In this document: one piece after another, positions 7,776-16,821 of the stretch
Numbering within the stretch: position 1 is the stretch's first letter
Layout: each line of letters opens with the position of its first letter
IMG/VR virus record: IMGVR_UViG_3300020409_000051
Coordinates: 1 to 32,160 of that record
Strand: one strand, 5' to 3'
Length of the DNA: 32,160 bases
Origin: a virus
Taxonomy: Duplodnaviria > Caudoviricetes
Notes under the pieces: model-generated
Databases searched by the model: none
Told to the model about the DNA's origin: nothing
The model's input: the letters and a program-made list of their open reading frames with translations, nothing else
Position numbers and translations under genes: made by a program

Positions 7776-9319
7776 TATTTACTCTCTAATTCTTTTACTC
7801 TTGCTGATAAATCTTTAACAGCTTCAATTAGTACCGCAGTTATTCTGCTGTAATCAACCGACTTAGTGCCCATTTCGTCATCAGCAGTTAATACTATTTC
7901 TGGTAAAATCTTTTCTATCTCTTGAGCTATAACACCAATATTTTCTTTGCCATCTCTGGTATAAGTTACACCTCTAAGTTGTTCTACTTTGTCTAAACTA
8001 TCTTCTAGAGTTTCAATATTATCTTTCAGTCTTTCATCTGAAAAAGCTGTGACGTTATCATTAAAAGTTGCAGCACCAGCTTCGGACATATCAAGGGTAA
8101 GAGCAGTTATACCAGAACCACCATCATTACCTTTAAATAATATATCTTTATCTTGTACTCCTGCTTCTATTGAAAAATCACTAGAGCTATTGTTAAATTT
8201 ACCTATTTCAGTGCCACCATCTTTAAAACTAATTTCACCGCCATCAGAATCAAGATTAATTCCACCTGCTACATCTATTGTTAAGTCACCGCTAGATAAA
8301 TCTATTTCTGTGCCATCTATAGTTATGTTGTCAGCAATTAGACCAGCATTAGCCGTTACTGTGCCATTGAAACTTGCATTACCAGCTTCTGACATATCAA
8401 GAGTAAGTGCAGTTACTTCTGAGCCACCATCATTACCAACAAATAACATATCAGCATCTGATATTAACGCTTGTATGCTTAATCTATCGCTATCGTCTTT
8501 AAACTGTGCGTACATAGAAGAACCATCAAATAATCTTATTTCACCATTATCGTCAGCACTAAGATCAATTCTACCAGCAGCGTCTATTGTCAAATCACCA
8601 CTTGATAAATCTATTTCTGTACCATCAATAGTGATATTATCGACTACCACACCCGCATTGGCAGTAACTGAACCATTAAAACTGGCATTACCTGCTTCGG
8701 ACATATCAAGGGTAAGAGCAGTTATTACAGAATTATTATCAGTACCTTGAAATTTTAAATCTTTGTCATTGACAGCACTTGATATTATGAAATCTGAAGA
8801 TGAATTAGATAAATGTCCGATTTCTGTTCCAGCATCTTTAAAAGTAATATCGCCACCATCTGCATCAAGGATAATGTCGCCAGCTGCATCTAAAGTTAAG
8901 TTACCACTTGATAAATCTATTTCTGTGCCATCTATCGTAATGTTATCGACAGTAATACCACCATCAACATCTAAAGTTCCAGGCAAAGTAACATTGCTAC
9001 TTGCATCTTCAAAAACTGCTTTACTTGCCGGCAAAGTACAAAACACGTCTTTGGTGCCAGCACTAAAATCAACAGCACTATCGCTATTAGAACTAGATAA
9101 AATTGTGGTACGTGAAAGCGTATCAGGTGAAGCATCAGTGACAGTACCAAGGCCTACCTCAAATTCAGCACCTGCCGTTATACAATAATAAGTGGTATTG
9201 CCATCACCAACTCCAGCTACAAAAGTTTCAAAGCCTGTTTCTGCACCACCTAAATTAACGGTGCCCGTTCCTGTAGTGGTAGTGGTTTCTTTTACCCTAT
9301 CGTTGAGGACAAGAGCCAT
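7775..9319 (-). CDS. tail fibre with three ~102-aa repeats and a C-terminal intramolecular chaperone (peptidase S74) domain
   Basis: N-terminal MALVLNDRVKETTTTTGTGT anchor; SDERLKDNI..LRGVTY..GVIAQE..VDY..LIEAVKDL is the S74 signature. Confidence 0.88.
   Translation of the reverse strand: MALVLNDRVKETTTTTGTGTVNLGGAETGFETFVAGVGDGNTTYYCITAGAEFEVGLGTVTDASPDTLSRTTILSSSNSDSAVDFSAGTKDVFCTLPASKAVFEDASSNVTLPGTLDVDGGITVDNITIDGTEIDLSSGNLTLDAAGDIILDADGGDITFKDAGTEIGHLSNSSSDFIISSAVNDKDLKFQGTDNNSVITALTLDMSEAGNASFNGSVTANAGVVVDNITIDGTEIDLSSGDLTIDAAGRIDLSADDNGEIRLFDGSSMYAQFKDDSDRLSIQALISDADMLFVGNDGGSEVTALTLDMSEAGNASFNGTVTANAGLIADNITIDGTEIDLSSGDLTIDVAGGINLDSDGGEISFKDGGTEIGKFNNSSSDFSIEAGVQDKDILFKGNDGGSGITALTLDMSEAGAATFNDNVTAFSDERLKDNIETLEDSLDKVEQLRGVTYTRDGKENIGVIAQEIEKILPEIVLTADDEMGTKSVDYSRITAVLIEAVKDLSARVKELESK
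8060..8980 (-). repeat. three tandem imperfect ~306-309 nt repeats inside the tail fibre gene
   Basis: GATAAATCTATTTCTGT.CCATC at 8295, 8604, 8910; GACATATCAAG.GTAAG.GCAGTTA near 8086, 8391, 8700; protein motifs DNITIDGTEIDLSSG and TALTLDMSEAG occur three times. Boundaries approximate. Confidence 0.85.
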
Positions 9320-9329
9320 GCTCTTCTCC

Positions 9330-9758
9330 TTACGCTATTCTGATAATAGCAGTAGATGCAGCAGCAGCTGGAAAAACTATTGTAAAGTCACCAGCGGTTG
9401 AAGTTTTGTCTCCACCAAAATCAATGGTAGCTACTGATTTATTACTATCAGATGAGTTGTAAATCATGCAACCTCTAGCTGTAATAGTAGCCGTACCAAA
9501 AGTTAAATCTGCAAAATCAGTAAAGCCTGTAGTTCCGCCAGTAGTTGGATCTACTCTAGTTAAATTTGCGCCGCCTGAAGTATAGTTAGTGCCTGAAGCT
9601 TGACCAGTAGTAACAAAAGCAGTTGTAGTTGCACCAAGTGTTGCGGAACTAGTATATAAAGCTAACTTAAAAGTATCGCCGCCTGAGTTTTTAAAGTTGT
9701 GTACAGCTTCAAGCAACTCTTGCTTGAAACTAGTAGTTAATGTAGATGTAATGGCCAT
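9330..9758 (-). CDS. conserved tail/virion structural protein
   Basis: 142 aa; SFKQELL..HNF..DTFKLALYTSSATL..DFGGDKTST.G.FTI.FP motif pattern; tail-module position. Confidence 0.75.
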   Translation of the reverse strand: MAITSTLTTSFKQELLEAVHNFKNSGGDTFKLALYTSSATLGATTTAFVTTGQASGTNYTSGGANLTRVDPTTGGTTGFTDFADLTFGTATITARGCMIYNSSDSNKSVATIDFGGDKTSTAGDFTIVFPAAAASTAIIRIA

Positions 9759-9759
9759 G

Positions 9760-10059
9760 TTAAATCCTCTTAATAATTTTTGCTAAGTCTTCATCACCGG
9801 CTTTTATTAGCTCTTGAATTAAACTAGCTTTGTATGATTTTATAGCATTTTTTATGTAAATCAAACTAACTTCATAAATTAAATTCTGATACGCTTTAGC
9901 TTGTTCTTTTATGTGTGGCTCATTATCTTCAGAATAATCAGCTATTTTTTCAGCTAATCTCTGTGCCCAAAACTCTGGCGGATGCCCACCAAAGTTAGTT
10001 GTTTTAGTTTCTACTACGCCTAGTTCTGGCAATCCGCCAGGAGTTATCTCATCTACCAT
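9760..10059 (-). CDS. conserved hypothetical phage protein
   Basis: 99 aa; GHPPEFWA..I.DYS..HIKEQA.AY pattern; coupled to neighbours. Confidence 0.7.
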   Translation of the reverse strand: MVDEITPGGLPELGVVETKTTNFGGHPPEFWAQRLAEKIADYSEDNEPHIKEQAKAYQNLIYEVSLIYIKNAIKSYKASLIQELIKAGDEDLAKIIKRI

Positions 10060-10790
10060 TTTTTTGGCTCCACTGGTTTTAAATGCTCATCGTGACGGCC
10101 AATCAAAACTCCTTCTTTTGCAACAACTTTTGTTTGCAAAGAACTTTCTGTTTGAGCAGATAAAGTGCCGTCTTCTAAAACTATAGGTATCAAAGGATCT
10201 TCTAGTCTATGATAGCCGTATAATTTTTCATTTAAAGGTACAGCTGTGTCTAACAAAGCACTACTAGCTGCTACTTCTATTTTCATTCCTGCTTCTGAAC
10301 ATTTGCACAACCAAAACTCAACACAGGCTCTGCCTGATTCAGCAAAATGTAAATTACCTTTGTATGAAAAATCTATGCCAAATAATTTGAGGTGCCCAAC
10401 TTTATTCCATAAAGCAAATGCAATAGCGTATGCAACGGTATTATTTAAATAGTGACAGTTTAAATCTTTAAGTATTTCAAAGACCGGATATTTTTGTAGG
10501 TTTTCATTGCAGCGCTCATCATCAACACAGGTGTAAATAGGTTTGTCATGTTTAAGTAAAAGACTTTTCATGCCTTCAGTTTGACCGCCAGCATCATCAC
10601 TATCTAAAAATCTATTAGGTGGGTCCATCATAAAAACACGATCGTGATAAATAACTGAAGCGACATTATTTATTGCCCATACTTCATCAAAATGTTGTCC
10701 GTGTGATTTAGCTAAATTGTATTCAAGCCAACTTGACCCCAACCCAACAATACCTATAGTTTTACCTTCTAGTTTTTTTATTGGTTTCAT
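10053..10790 (-). CDS. glycosyltransferase-like Rossmann protein (sialyltransferase/Maf-like motifs)
   Basis: IGIVGLGSS, EVWAINN, RVFMMD, NNTVAYAIAFA..LKLFGIDFSY motif order matches the CstII/GT29/Maf-type fold. Activity not demonstrable from sequence. Confidence 0.55.
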   Translation of the reverse strand: MKPIKKLEGKTIGIVGLGSSWLEYNLAKSHGQHFDEVWAINNVASVIYHDRVFMMDPPNRFLDSDDAGGQTEGMKSLLLKHDKPIYTCVDDERCNENLQKYPVFEILKDLNCHYLNNTVAYAIAFALWNKVGHLKLFGIDFSYKGNLHFAESGRACVEFWLCKCSEAGMKIEVAASSALLDTAVPLNEKLYGYHRLEDPLIPIVLEDGTLSAQTESSLQTKVVAKEGVLIGRHDEHLKPVEPKKW

Positions 10791-11464
10791 TAAGTAGTAG
10801 GCGACCTCAATGCGTCGTAACGATATTCGTCACGTCTACCTCTAGCTTCCGCTCTATTTTTAAGTCTTTCTATTTCTTGAACAAATCTATTTTCATAAAG
10901 TTGCAATAAATCTTGTTCGCCTTTTAAAAAAGTATAGGCCTCTACTAAAGACCCATAAAGCAAAGCATTTCTAGCATTAGTTGATAGCCACGTTCCAGTT
11001 GTATCTGTGACCAAACTATTTGGTTTGTGTAAATAAGTTAGCTCTACAGAATAATTTGCATCAGGAACTGGAGCGATAATTAAAGTGGAGCCAGCGTTAG
11101 ACCCAGAAGAAAGTTCTTTATCTTGATCAGCGTAGTATTTTGGCAAACCACGTAGACTAGTATCAGAAATATCTTTGTTGTACTCTTGCATAAAACTAGA
11201 GTGTTTTTTTAATAAATAGTGATAGTCGTTATTAGAATCAATAACAGCTAAACTAAAACTTAAAATAAAATCTGTTGGACAAGTTAAAAATCTATTACCA
11301 GTGCTAACGTTACCTGCCACTATTTTTTTAAAATAATCTGATTGAACTAATTCAAATATCCTATCTTCTGTATTTTTTATAAAATCATCTAACGAAGCAA
11401 CAAAAGTTGTCTCTGTGCTTTCACAAAAATTTTGAATTAAAGTTTTTAGTTCTGTTAAGGTCAT
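10790..11464 (-). CDS. head-tail adaptor/neck protein
   Basis: MTLTELK..IQ..E..F..FI..EDRI, G.PKYYA, IAPVPD..Y.VEL.Y, WLS.NA..LLYGSLVEAY.FLK adaptor pattern. Confidence 0.75.
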   Translation of the reverse strand: MTLTELKTLIQNFCESTETTFVASLDDFIKNTEDRIFELVQSDYFKKIVAGNVSTGNRFLTCPTDFILSFSLAVIDSNNDYHYLLKKHSSFMQEYNKDISDTSLRGLPKYYADQDKELSSGSNAGSTLIIAPVPDANYSVELTYLHKPNSLVTDTTGTWLSTNARNALLYGSLVEAYTFLKGEQDLLQLYENRFVQEIERLKNRAEARGRRDEYRYDALRSPTT

Positions 11465-11766
11465 GTCGTGATTGTAACATTTCCAATAGATGCTGTTAAT
11501 TTATTTCCTATAATCATAGTGCCAATAGGGTCTTCAGTAGTAACTACTTTACCTTGTCCGACCTCGAAATCAGTATTGGGTCGAGGATCACGTAAAGCTT
11601 CAGGGTCAGCTGGTTTGTGCCTTGGTTGTAGTTGTGGATGTTTAGGATCGTACTGATCTGGTCCAACTAGTAGACCATCCCAAGTTTTTCGCATATCTTT
11701 TAGTCGATAGCGAAAACCTGATATATCGCAAATGCCGTAGGCGTTTTTATTAGAAGCAAAACTCAT
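11461..11766 (-). CDS. conserved neck-region protein
   Basis: 101 aa; AYGICDISGFRY..W.GLLVG..YDPKHPQL..DPEALRDPRP. Confidence 0.7.
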   Translation of the reverse strand: MSFASNKNAYGICDISGFRYRLKDMRKTWDGLLVGPDQYDPKHPQLQPRHKPADPEALRDPRPNTDFEVGQGKVVTTEDPIGTMIIGNKLTASIGNVTITT

Positions 11767-12053
11767 GCTTTCCTCTGTTTTCTAATGGCTTCTTTGCCTT
11801 TTTTAAAAATACTTACCACTTGATTTTTACCCATAACTTTAGCACGTTGTTCTCCTACTGTAAGTATTTGAATTTTTCGTGCAAAAGGTTTTTTAATCTT
11901 TTTTACTTTTGCTACCGTAGCTCTAGCATCTGCTGGTGTAGCAAATTTTATCTTTACTGTATCTTTTGGATTTTCGTCAGTATATAACCTGCGTCCTGAA
12001 CCTTTTGGTTTTTTACCTGTACCTTTTTTTGGATCTCTTTTCTTCGGCATCAC
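11763..12053 (-). CDS. small highly basic conserved phage protein
   Basis: 96 aa, Lys/Arg-rich; DPKKGTGKKPKGSGRRLYTDENPKDTV; 4-nt overlaps at both ends. Confidence 0.7.
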   Translation of the reverse strand: MMPKKRDPKKGTGKKPKGSGRRLYTDENPKDTVKIKFATPADARATVAKVKKIKKPFARKIQILTVGEQRAKVMGKNQVVSIFKKGKEAIRKQRKA

Positions 12054-12709
12054 ATAATAGTTCGACCAGGCAAGAACCTAGAACTAACGCTATCTATATC
12101 CTCAAAAGCTGCCCTATCAAACTCCTCATCATAAATTGATTTTAAAAGCTGTACTTTTTCTGGTGCTCGTTTCATTGCTAGATAATAAGCTAGTCCAGAA
12201 ACCAAACACGGAATAAAACGAAAGACTACTTCCATATTATTAGTGTAGTCTCCAACGTCTTGAATTCTAGTCAACGCATTATATTTAATCACGTCTGTAG
12301 AGTTTTCAGGTGTTGGAAATAGTTTTACTACGGGAGTAGTTTGTCTATCTAGAAAAAATTGTGTAGGTCTAGCTTGTTGTGTTTTTGTTGGAGTAAATAA
12401 ATAATCAGAGCGACTAATTCTTTCTAATTGAATATCAGTGCTATCTCTAGTAATTACTGCTTCGGTCACATCAATAATATCTGTGCCTAAATTATAGTCA
12501 CTAGTACCTTTTGTAGTGGTAAATGTTCTCTGTTCTATAGTCCACTGATTCAGGCCACGATTGGCCCAATCTGCCATCATTATATTTAATGATCTTTTTG
12601 CAGAATCTAAATCGTAACCTGTTCTCAGTTCTAGACCGCAACGTTCGTAAGCTTCTTCAATTAATTCGTCGATGCTTAAATCAAACGCATTAGTTCCAGA
12701 GGTTGCCAT
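12050..12709 (-). CDS. head-tail connector/adaptor protein
   Basis: MATSGT..F.L.IDE.IEEAYERCG..RSLN.M.ADWANRGLN.W..RPTQ..RF.PCLVSGLAYYL; position after the head genes. Confidence 0.75.
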   Translation of the reverse strand: MATSGTNAFDLSIDELIEEAYERCGLELRTGYDLDSAKRSLNIMMADWANRGLNQWTIEQRTFTTTKGTSDYNLGTDIIDVTEAVITRDSTDIQLERISRSDYLFTPTKTQQARPTQFFLDRQTTPVVKLFPTPENSTDVIKYNALTRIQDVGDYTNNMEVVFRFIPCLVSGLAYYLAMKRAPEKVQLLKSIYDEEFDRAAFEDIDSVSSRFLPGRTIM

Positions 12710-12711
12710 AT

Positions 12712-13116
12712 CTATGAGTAGTTTTTGTGTAAAACTAAAATAATTGAATAGGCGTCACCACTACTGGCACCAACTGTTGTGAAGTCTATGTCACCAGTTA
12801 CGCCAGAACCTGCGTTATTAGGTATGCTACCAAACAAATCATAATACTCATCACCAGTGCTATCTGCTGGTAAAGGTATAGCAAGCACGTTTGTTGAAGC
12901 ATCAAACTCGATGTCTACACCCATGCCTCTACATGCCCAGTAAATTCTAGCAATAGAAACCGAAGTGCAGGCGTTACCGGCACTATCTGCAGCTAATGCT
13001 GAAACATCTACTTTTTTAACAGAAGATTCACCAGAGCCATCTGATTCGTTAGTAAACTTCAAGACGGCAGTTTTGCCACCGTCTTGAATAGTTTGACTTG
13101 TTACTGTATCAGCCAT
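12712..13116 (-). CDS. virion structural protein
   Basis: 134 aa; MADTVTSQTI.DG..FTN.SDGSGE..VKKVDVSAL..TGDI.FTT; SD AGGAG. Confidence 0.7.
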   Translation of the reverse strand: MADTVTSQTIQDGGKTAVLKFTNESDGSGESSVKKVDVSALAADSAGNACTSVSIARIYWACRGMGVDIEFDASTNVLAIPLPADSTGDEYYDLFGSIPNNAGSGVTGDIDFTTVGASSGDAYSIILVLHKNYS

Positions 13117-13129
13117 GTTTTACTCCTGA

Positions 13130-13636
13130 TTATGCGTCAGCAAATGGTGTAACTATAGTGCCTGAGCCTAAAATTATACCTTCGACAGCGTATTTAGCTG
13201 CAGCGATAGCAGTAACTTTAACAATACTACCAGCTAGTCCACCTTTAGTAGAACCATTCATAGTAATCACATCATTAGATGCACCAGAGATAAATGTTTT
13301 ACCTGTAGCGTCATCTTTACCTGTGTATAGGCCACCAACAAATTTATCAGTACCATCAGTTAAGATGTCCATATCAGTTGCTGCTGTTTCTACTACAAAG
13401 AAGAAACTAGCTCCTAAATTGTTTAATTGATTAGGGTCATCATCCCTGCCAGGAGCAGTTGCTACAATACTAGGTAAAGTAAATTTACCATCAGCATCAT
13501 TAGTCGTTAGAATCTTACCCGCATGTGCGTCCACTGTTAAAGTAGTGTCTGCAGTTAAACTGACCACGTTAGCGTTACCTGCAGTAATAATTCCTGCAAG
13601 TGATCTAATTGGTCCACTAAAAGTTGATTTTGCCAT
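13130..13636 (-). CDS. minor capsid/head-associated structural protein
   Basis: Start reassigned to ATG 13636 (MAKSTFSGPIRS) behind SD GGAGG. The ORF track's longer start lies inside the RNA structure. Confidence 0.7.
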   Translation of the reverse strand: MAKSTFSGPIRSLAGIITAGNANVVSLTADTTLTVDAHAGKILTTNDADGKFTLPSIVATAPGRDDDPNQLNNLGASFFFVVETAATDMDILTDGTDKFVGGLYTGKDDATGKTFISGASNDVITMNGSTKGGLAGSIVKVTAIAAAKYAVEGIILGSGTIVTPFADA

Positions 13637-13651
13637 AATTCCCTCCACGAG

Positions 13652-13720
13652 AATAAGTTCTATCATCTTGGCTTGTCTGCTAGGTCAGTTGATAGAACAA
13701 GTTAAAATAATCCTAGTCAC
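13652..13720 (-). ncRNA. pseudoknotted RNA element downstream of the capsid gene, candidate Mu-gpT-DE-type motif
   Basis: Minus strand: GTTCTATCA (13698-13690) pairs with TGATAGAAC (13665-13657); inner CTG/CAG stem whose loop CCTAG (13684-13680) pairs with upstream CTAGG (13716-13712). Family name inferred from context, not from a covariance search. Confidence 0.6.
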
Positions 13721-13725
13721 TAAAT

Positions 13726-13734
13726 ATTATACCA
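13726..13734 (-). promoter_or_regulatory. extended -10 promoter (TGGTATAAT)
   Basis: TGn-TATAAT at 13734-13726 on the minus strand, between the capsid terminator and the RNA element. Confidence 0.6.
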
Positions 13735-13763
13735 AAAAAAGAGAGGCGTATAGCCTCTCTTTT
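13734..13763 (-). terminator. intrinsic terminator after the major capsid gene
   Basis: AAAAGAGAGGC-TATAC-GCCTCTC-TTTTTTT; T tracts on both strands. Confidence 0.85.
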
Positions 13764-13820
13764 AAAAAGTTGCCGGCTTGAGTAAAAAACCACCGGCGGG
13801 GTTCTTAATTAAGTATGAAC

Positions 13821-14729
13821 TTATGCTCCTGGAGAACCGAAGACACATCTTGGATCCGAGAATCCGAAGGAGTATCTTTCTCTAGCTTTGTAACGCACAT
13901 TACCTGTGTCGAAGTCTGCTTCCATTGAAGTTCTGATAGGCGACCTTTCGAACATTTTAAATCCGTTTGGTGCATCAGTCTTAATGAAAAACGCGTCAGT
14001 GTCAGTTAAGTAGTGATTTACTACATAACCTTCAGGTACCATGCCCATGTTTCTGATAGCGTTAATATCGTTATCAGAAGTGTTCACTCTACCTGGTGAC
14101 TCAAGCAATCTATCAGCTGTGAATTGTAGCTCTTTAGGGATAATTAATTTAGTCCCTTGTACTGCTACTTTTAATCCACGTTCGTCTACGAACGCCGCAA
14201 TATCAATTAATGCTTGCTCAAGAGAAGTTTCGTTTAAGTCAGCTGAAGTAGAAAGCTCGTTGCTTAAATTACCACCACTAATAGTAGGGTGGTCAGTAGC
14301 ACATAGCTCTTTACCATCACCGCCAGCGAAACTGCTGCTGAAGGCATTGTTTAAAACTGAGGCAGCTTTAATTTGCTTAGTTGTTGACATACTTCTAGCT
14401 AGCGCTCTTGTATATCTTGCAGACAATCTGTCGTACAAGTTATCTTCGATCGCTTCTTCAGTAATGCTAAACGCTAGCGCAACTGTTTCGTGACTGTAAC
14501 GAGCAGTGAAAGACTCTTGAGCTGTGTCAAAAGCCACTCCTGATCCTTCAGACTTCACAGGTGCGACATCAAAACCAGACAACATTACTTCTTCTTCAAA
14601 AGCACGATCTGAGGTTTCTGTGTCGAAAATTTCGGCATGTTCATTCTCATATCTGTCGTACTCAAGACCAAAAAGTGCGTTTAATCCTGGTTCAAGCTCC
14701 TTAACTAATTGTGCTCTAGATATAGCCAT
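13821..14729 (-). CDS. major capsid protein (Mu gpT-like annotation group)
   Basis: 302 aa; MAISRAQLVKELEPGLNALFGLEY..DFDTGNVRYKARERYSFG.SDPR..GSPGA; followed by a strong terminator. Confidence 0.92.
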   Translation of the reverse strand: MAISRAQLVKELEPGLNALFGLEYDRYENEHAEIFDTETSDRAFEEEVMLSGFDVAPVKSEGSGVAFDTAQESFTARYSHETVALAFSITEEAIEDNLYDRLSARYTRALARSMSTTKQIKAASVLNNAFSSSFAGGDGKELCATDHPTISGGNLSNELSTSADLNETSLEQALIDIAAFVDERGLKVAVQGTKLIIPKELQFTADRLLESPGRVNTSDNDINAIRNMGMVPEGYVVNHYLTDTDAFFIKTDAPNGFKMFERSPIRTSMEADFDTGNVRYKARERYSFGFSDPRCVFGSPGA

Positions 14730-14731
14730 TA

Positions 14732-15313
14732 TTAAGTACCTGCTATTGGACCTCTGTAGGCGTGCTCATTAATCATGACTACCATGTTAGCGTGCGTACC
14801 TGCTACAGTCCCGTTTTTGTCATCGTCTGCGAAACCGACAACCTTCAATTGAAGGCCTTGGGTTGTTGCGAGAGTGCTTACGTCAAGTTCTCTGGAAGAC
14901 AGTCCAGTAGTAGTGCTACCACTTGTACCAACAGAATCTGCGTTTTTACCAACAGCTGCTTGAGTAGTGGCAGTAGCTGAATCACCCTGCACTAAAAACA
15001 ACATGTTTGGATCGTCGTAAATGTATACTTCAATATCACCTGAACTAGCAGTTGTACTAGCTACATAGTGATTTTTGTATACTGGACCGTCAGAAGACTG
15101 ATAGAACACGCCATTAAATACACCAACGATATTAGCATCACTAACACCTGCTTGTTCAATATATCCAGCATTAAACTTCACTAAATCACCTTGAAAGATG
15201 GTAGTTCCGTAACCTGATGGATTGATTAAGTATTTACGGGCTTGTGGAATAGCATTAGATGGTGAAAACCCTTGGTAGGGTCTTAAACCAAATGCTGCAT
15301 CTGTATTTGCCAT
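14732..15313 (-). CDS. capsid decoration/cement protein
   Basis: 193 aa; MAN.DAAFGLRP..IFQGD.V..GVFNG..DDP..F.VQ; directly upstream of the capsid gene. Confidence 0.7.
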   Translation of the reverse strand: MANTDAAFGLRPYQGFSPSNAIPQARKYLINPSGYGTTIFQGDLVKFNAGYIEQAGVSDANIVGVFNGVFYQSSDGPVYKNHYVASTTASSGDIEVYIYDDPNMLFLVQGDSATATTQAAVGKNADSVGTSGSTTTGLSSRELDVSTLATTQGLQLKVVGFADDDKNGTVAGTHANMVVMINEHAYRGPIAGT

Positions 15314-15362
15314 TGTAACTTTTCCATATATAACAAATTAAAATTAAGAAATAAAATTGATG

Positions 15363-15833
15363 TTACTCGCCTCTATTTCCGCCAAATGTTACGCGACTTT
15401 GCCTACTCTTATTGATCGGCATGGCTGGATTTTCTTCCTTCATCAAATCATTATCTACTGATAACATTTGATCTCGGGTCTTTGCATTGAAGTATTCACT
15501 TCTTTCATCCACGGTTTCACGTGGAATCCTGCAAAGAATCAATCCGCCAACACCAATAACACCATCGTATCTGCCACTATCAAGAGCTGGATATTCAAAG
15601 TCAGGGTACTCATCGGCTCGAACTGGTTCCCACCCCTCACGGAGTCTGGCACTCATATTCTTGCGGTCATCATAACCTCTAACTTCGGTTCTAACCCATC
15701 TGTGGACATAGCCTTCAGGTGGTTGTGGTGCATCCAAGGCGGATGGGGGAGCCCAAGGTTTCCTTTGAGAAGTTTTCTCTCTGGTTTGAGCTTCGCGTGG
15801 TTGACGAGTTTCGTCAGTTTTTTTGTTAGCCAT
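15363..15833 (-). CDS. conserved head-module protein
   Basis: 156 aa; W.PPS.LDAP.PP.GY.HRW.R..D.KN..LREGWEPVR..GGL.L.RIP; SD GGAG. Confidence 0.75.
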   Translation of the reverse strand: MANKKTDETRQPREAQTREKTSQRKPWAPPSALDAPQPPEGYVHRWVRTEVRGYDDRKNMSARLREGWEPVRADEYPDFEYPALDSGRYDGVIGVGGLILCRIPRETVDERSEYFNAKTRDQMLSVDNDLMKEENPAMPINKSRQSRVTFGGNRGE

Positions 15834-15850
15834 AATATGTTTCCTCCACG

Positions 15851-16804
15851 TTATTTAACATACTTCGCGTATTCTTCAAGTGGCACACCAAGTTTTTTAG
15901 CAATTGCGACCTGTGAAGGTGTGAGTTTCACAGACTTGCTGCGTCCAGTTTTTGCACTGCGTTTGGCAGAAGCAACCGTTTGAACGGATCGGGTTTTAGT
16001 TCCTGAGTCCTCATTAAATTTATGAGGAAACTCTTTTCTAATCCTTTTATCTATTTCAGTATAGTACTCATCGGCAGTAGGATCAAATCCTTCTTCAACT
16101 AAATCTTGATGAATAGCAAAAGAGGTCATGGTCATAGCACGATCTTGACCAAACCATTTATTATCTTCGGCCCAATCTTGAGCTTTTGGATCTGGGTCTG
16201 GGTACTGAACTGGCTGTTGCGTTGAAGTTTCTTGTTTAGTTTCAGAAGGCGCTTCAGTTTCTTTAGTAGCCTTCTCCCTTTCTTTGTTAAGTGCTTGCAT
16301 ACGTTGTGCTTCACCTGCCAATACAGCCAGCCTTTGTTGGGCATCTGTTTGTTTGTCGATGTCGTCAGTTTCGTTTGCTGCTCTTAAATCGTTTTTAGCT
16401 TTTTCTGTTTCTGCTGTTATTCTATTTGCTTCAGCTATAACATAATTATTATCAGATTCTTCGTTCTTCGTTTTTAACGTTTGATTTTCAGTCTGCACAT
16501 TTTGTGCAAATTCAGTCGCCGCTTTTTCACGACGTTCTGCTTCACGTAACTTTGCAGTTAGTTTATCAATACGTTTTTGAACACCTTTGCTATATTCTTC
16601 GTGTTCAGTTTCTTCTTTCGCTACTACTGCTTCTTCATCTTCATTTTCGTCTTCTTCGTCTATTCCTTCTTCGTCATCTATTATTTGTGGTTTTCGAGTC
16701 TTAATAGCTTCTTCTTCAAGTTCTACCTCGACTTCTTCACCGTCGGTATCTATGGGCACAAGCTCATCAGCTTGGCTTAAATTTTTAAATTTAGTTTCTG
16801 GCAT
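15851..16804 (-). CDS. capsid scaffolding protein
   Basis: 317 aa; acidic N-terminus, long coiled coil (YSKGVQKRIDKLT), C-terminal LTPSQVAIAKKLGVPLEEYAKY; lies between portal and capsid genes. Confidence 0.78.
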   Translation of the reverse strand: MPETKFKNLSQADELVPIDTDGEEVEVELEEEAIKTRKPQIIDDEEGIDEEDENEDEEAVVAKEETEHEEYSKGVQKRIDKLTAKLREAERREKAATEFAQNVQTENQTLKTKNEESDNNYVIAEANRITAETEKAKNDLRAANETDDIDKQTDAQQRLAVLAGEAQRMQALNKEREKATKETEAPSETKQETSTQQPVQYPDPDPKAQDWAEDNKWFGQDRAMTMTSFAIHQDLVEEGFDPTADEYYTEIDKRIRKEFPHKFNEDSGTKTRSVQTVASAKRSAKTGRSKSVKLTPSQVAIAKKLGVPLEEYAKYVK

Positions 16805-16821
16805 GGTTCCTCTCCATGTAG

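Noticed and set aside
7092-9319. Diversity-generating retroelement or invertase acting on tail fibres
   Set aside because: No reverse transcriptase or recombinase in the window, and the repeat differences are not adenine-specific.
7989-9401. Long plus-strand ORFs (253, 141, 69 aa) opposite the tail fibre
   Set aside because: Antisense shadows of a repetitive gene with biased codons; Ser/Leu/Pro-rich with no RBS. The same applies to 1564..1785, 5223..5573, 14041..14493, 15468..15983, 30258..30611 and similar ORFs.
13637-13666. Ten-codon N-terminal extension (MIELILVEGI) from the ORF track
   Set aside because: It lies within the RNA stem, and the SD GGAGG points to ATG 13636.
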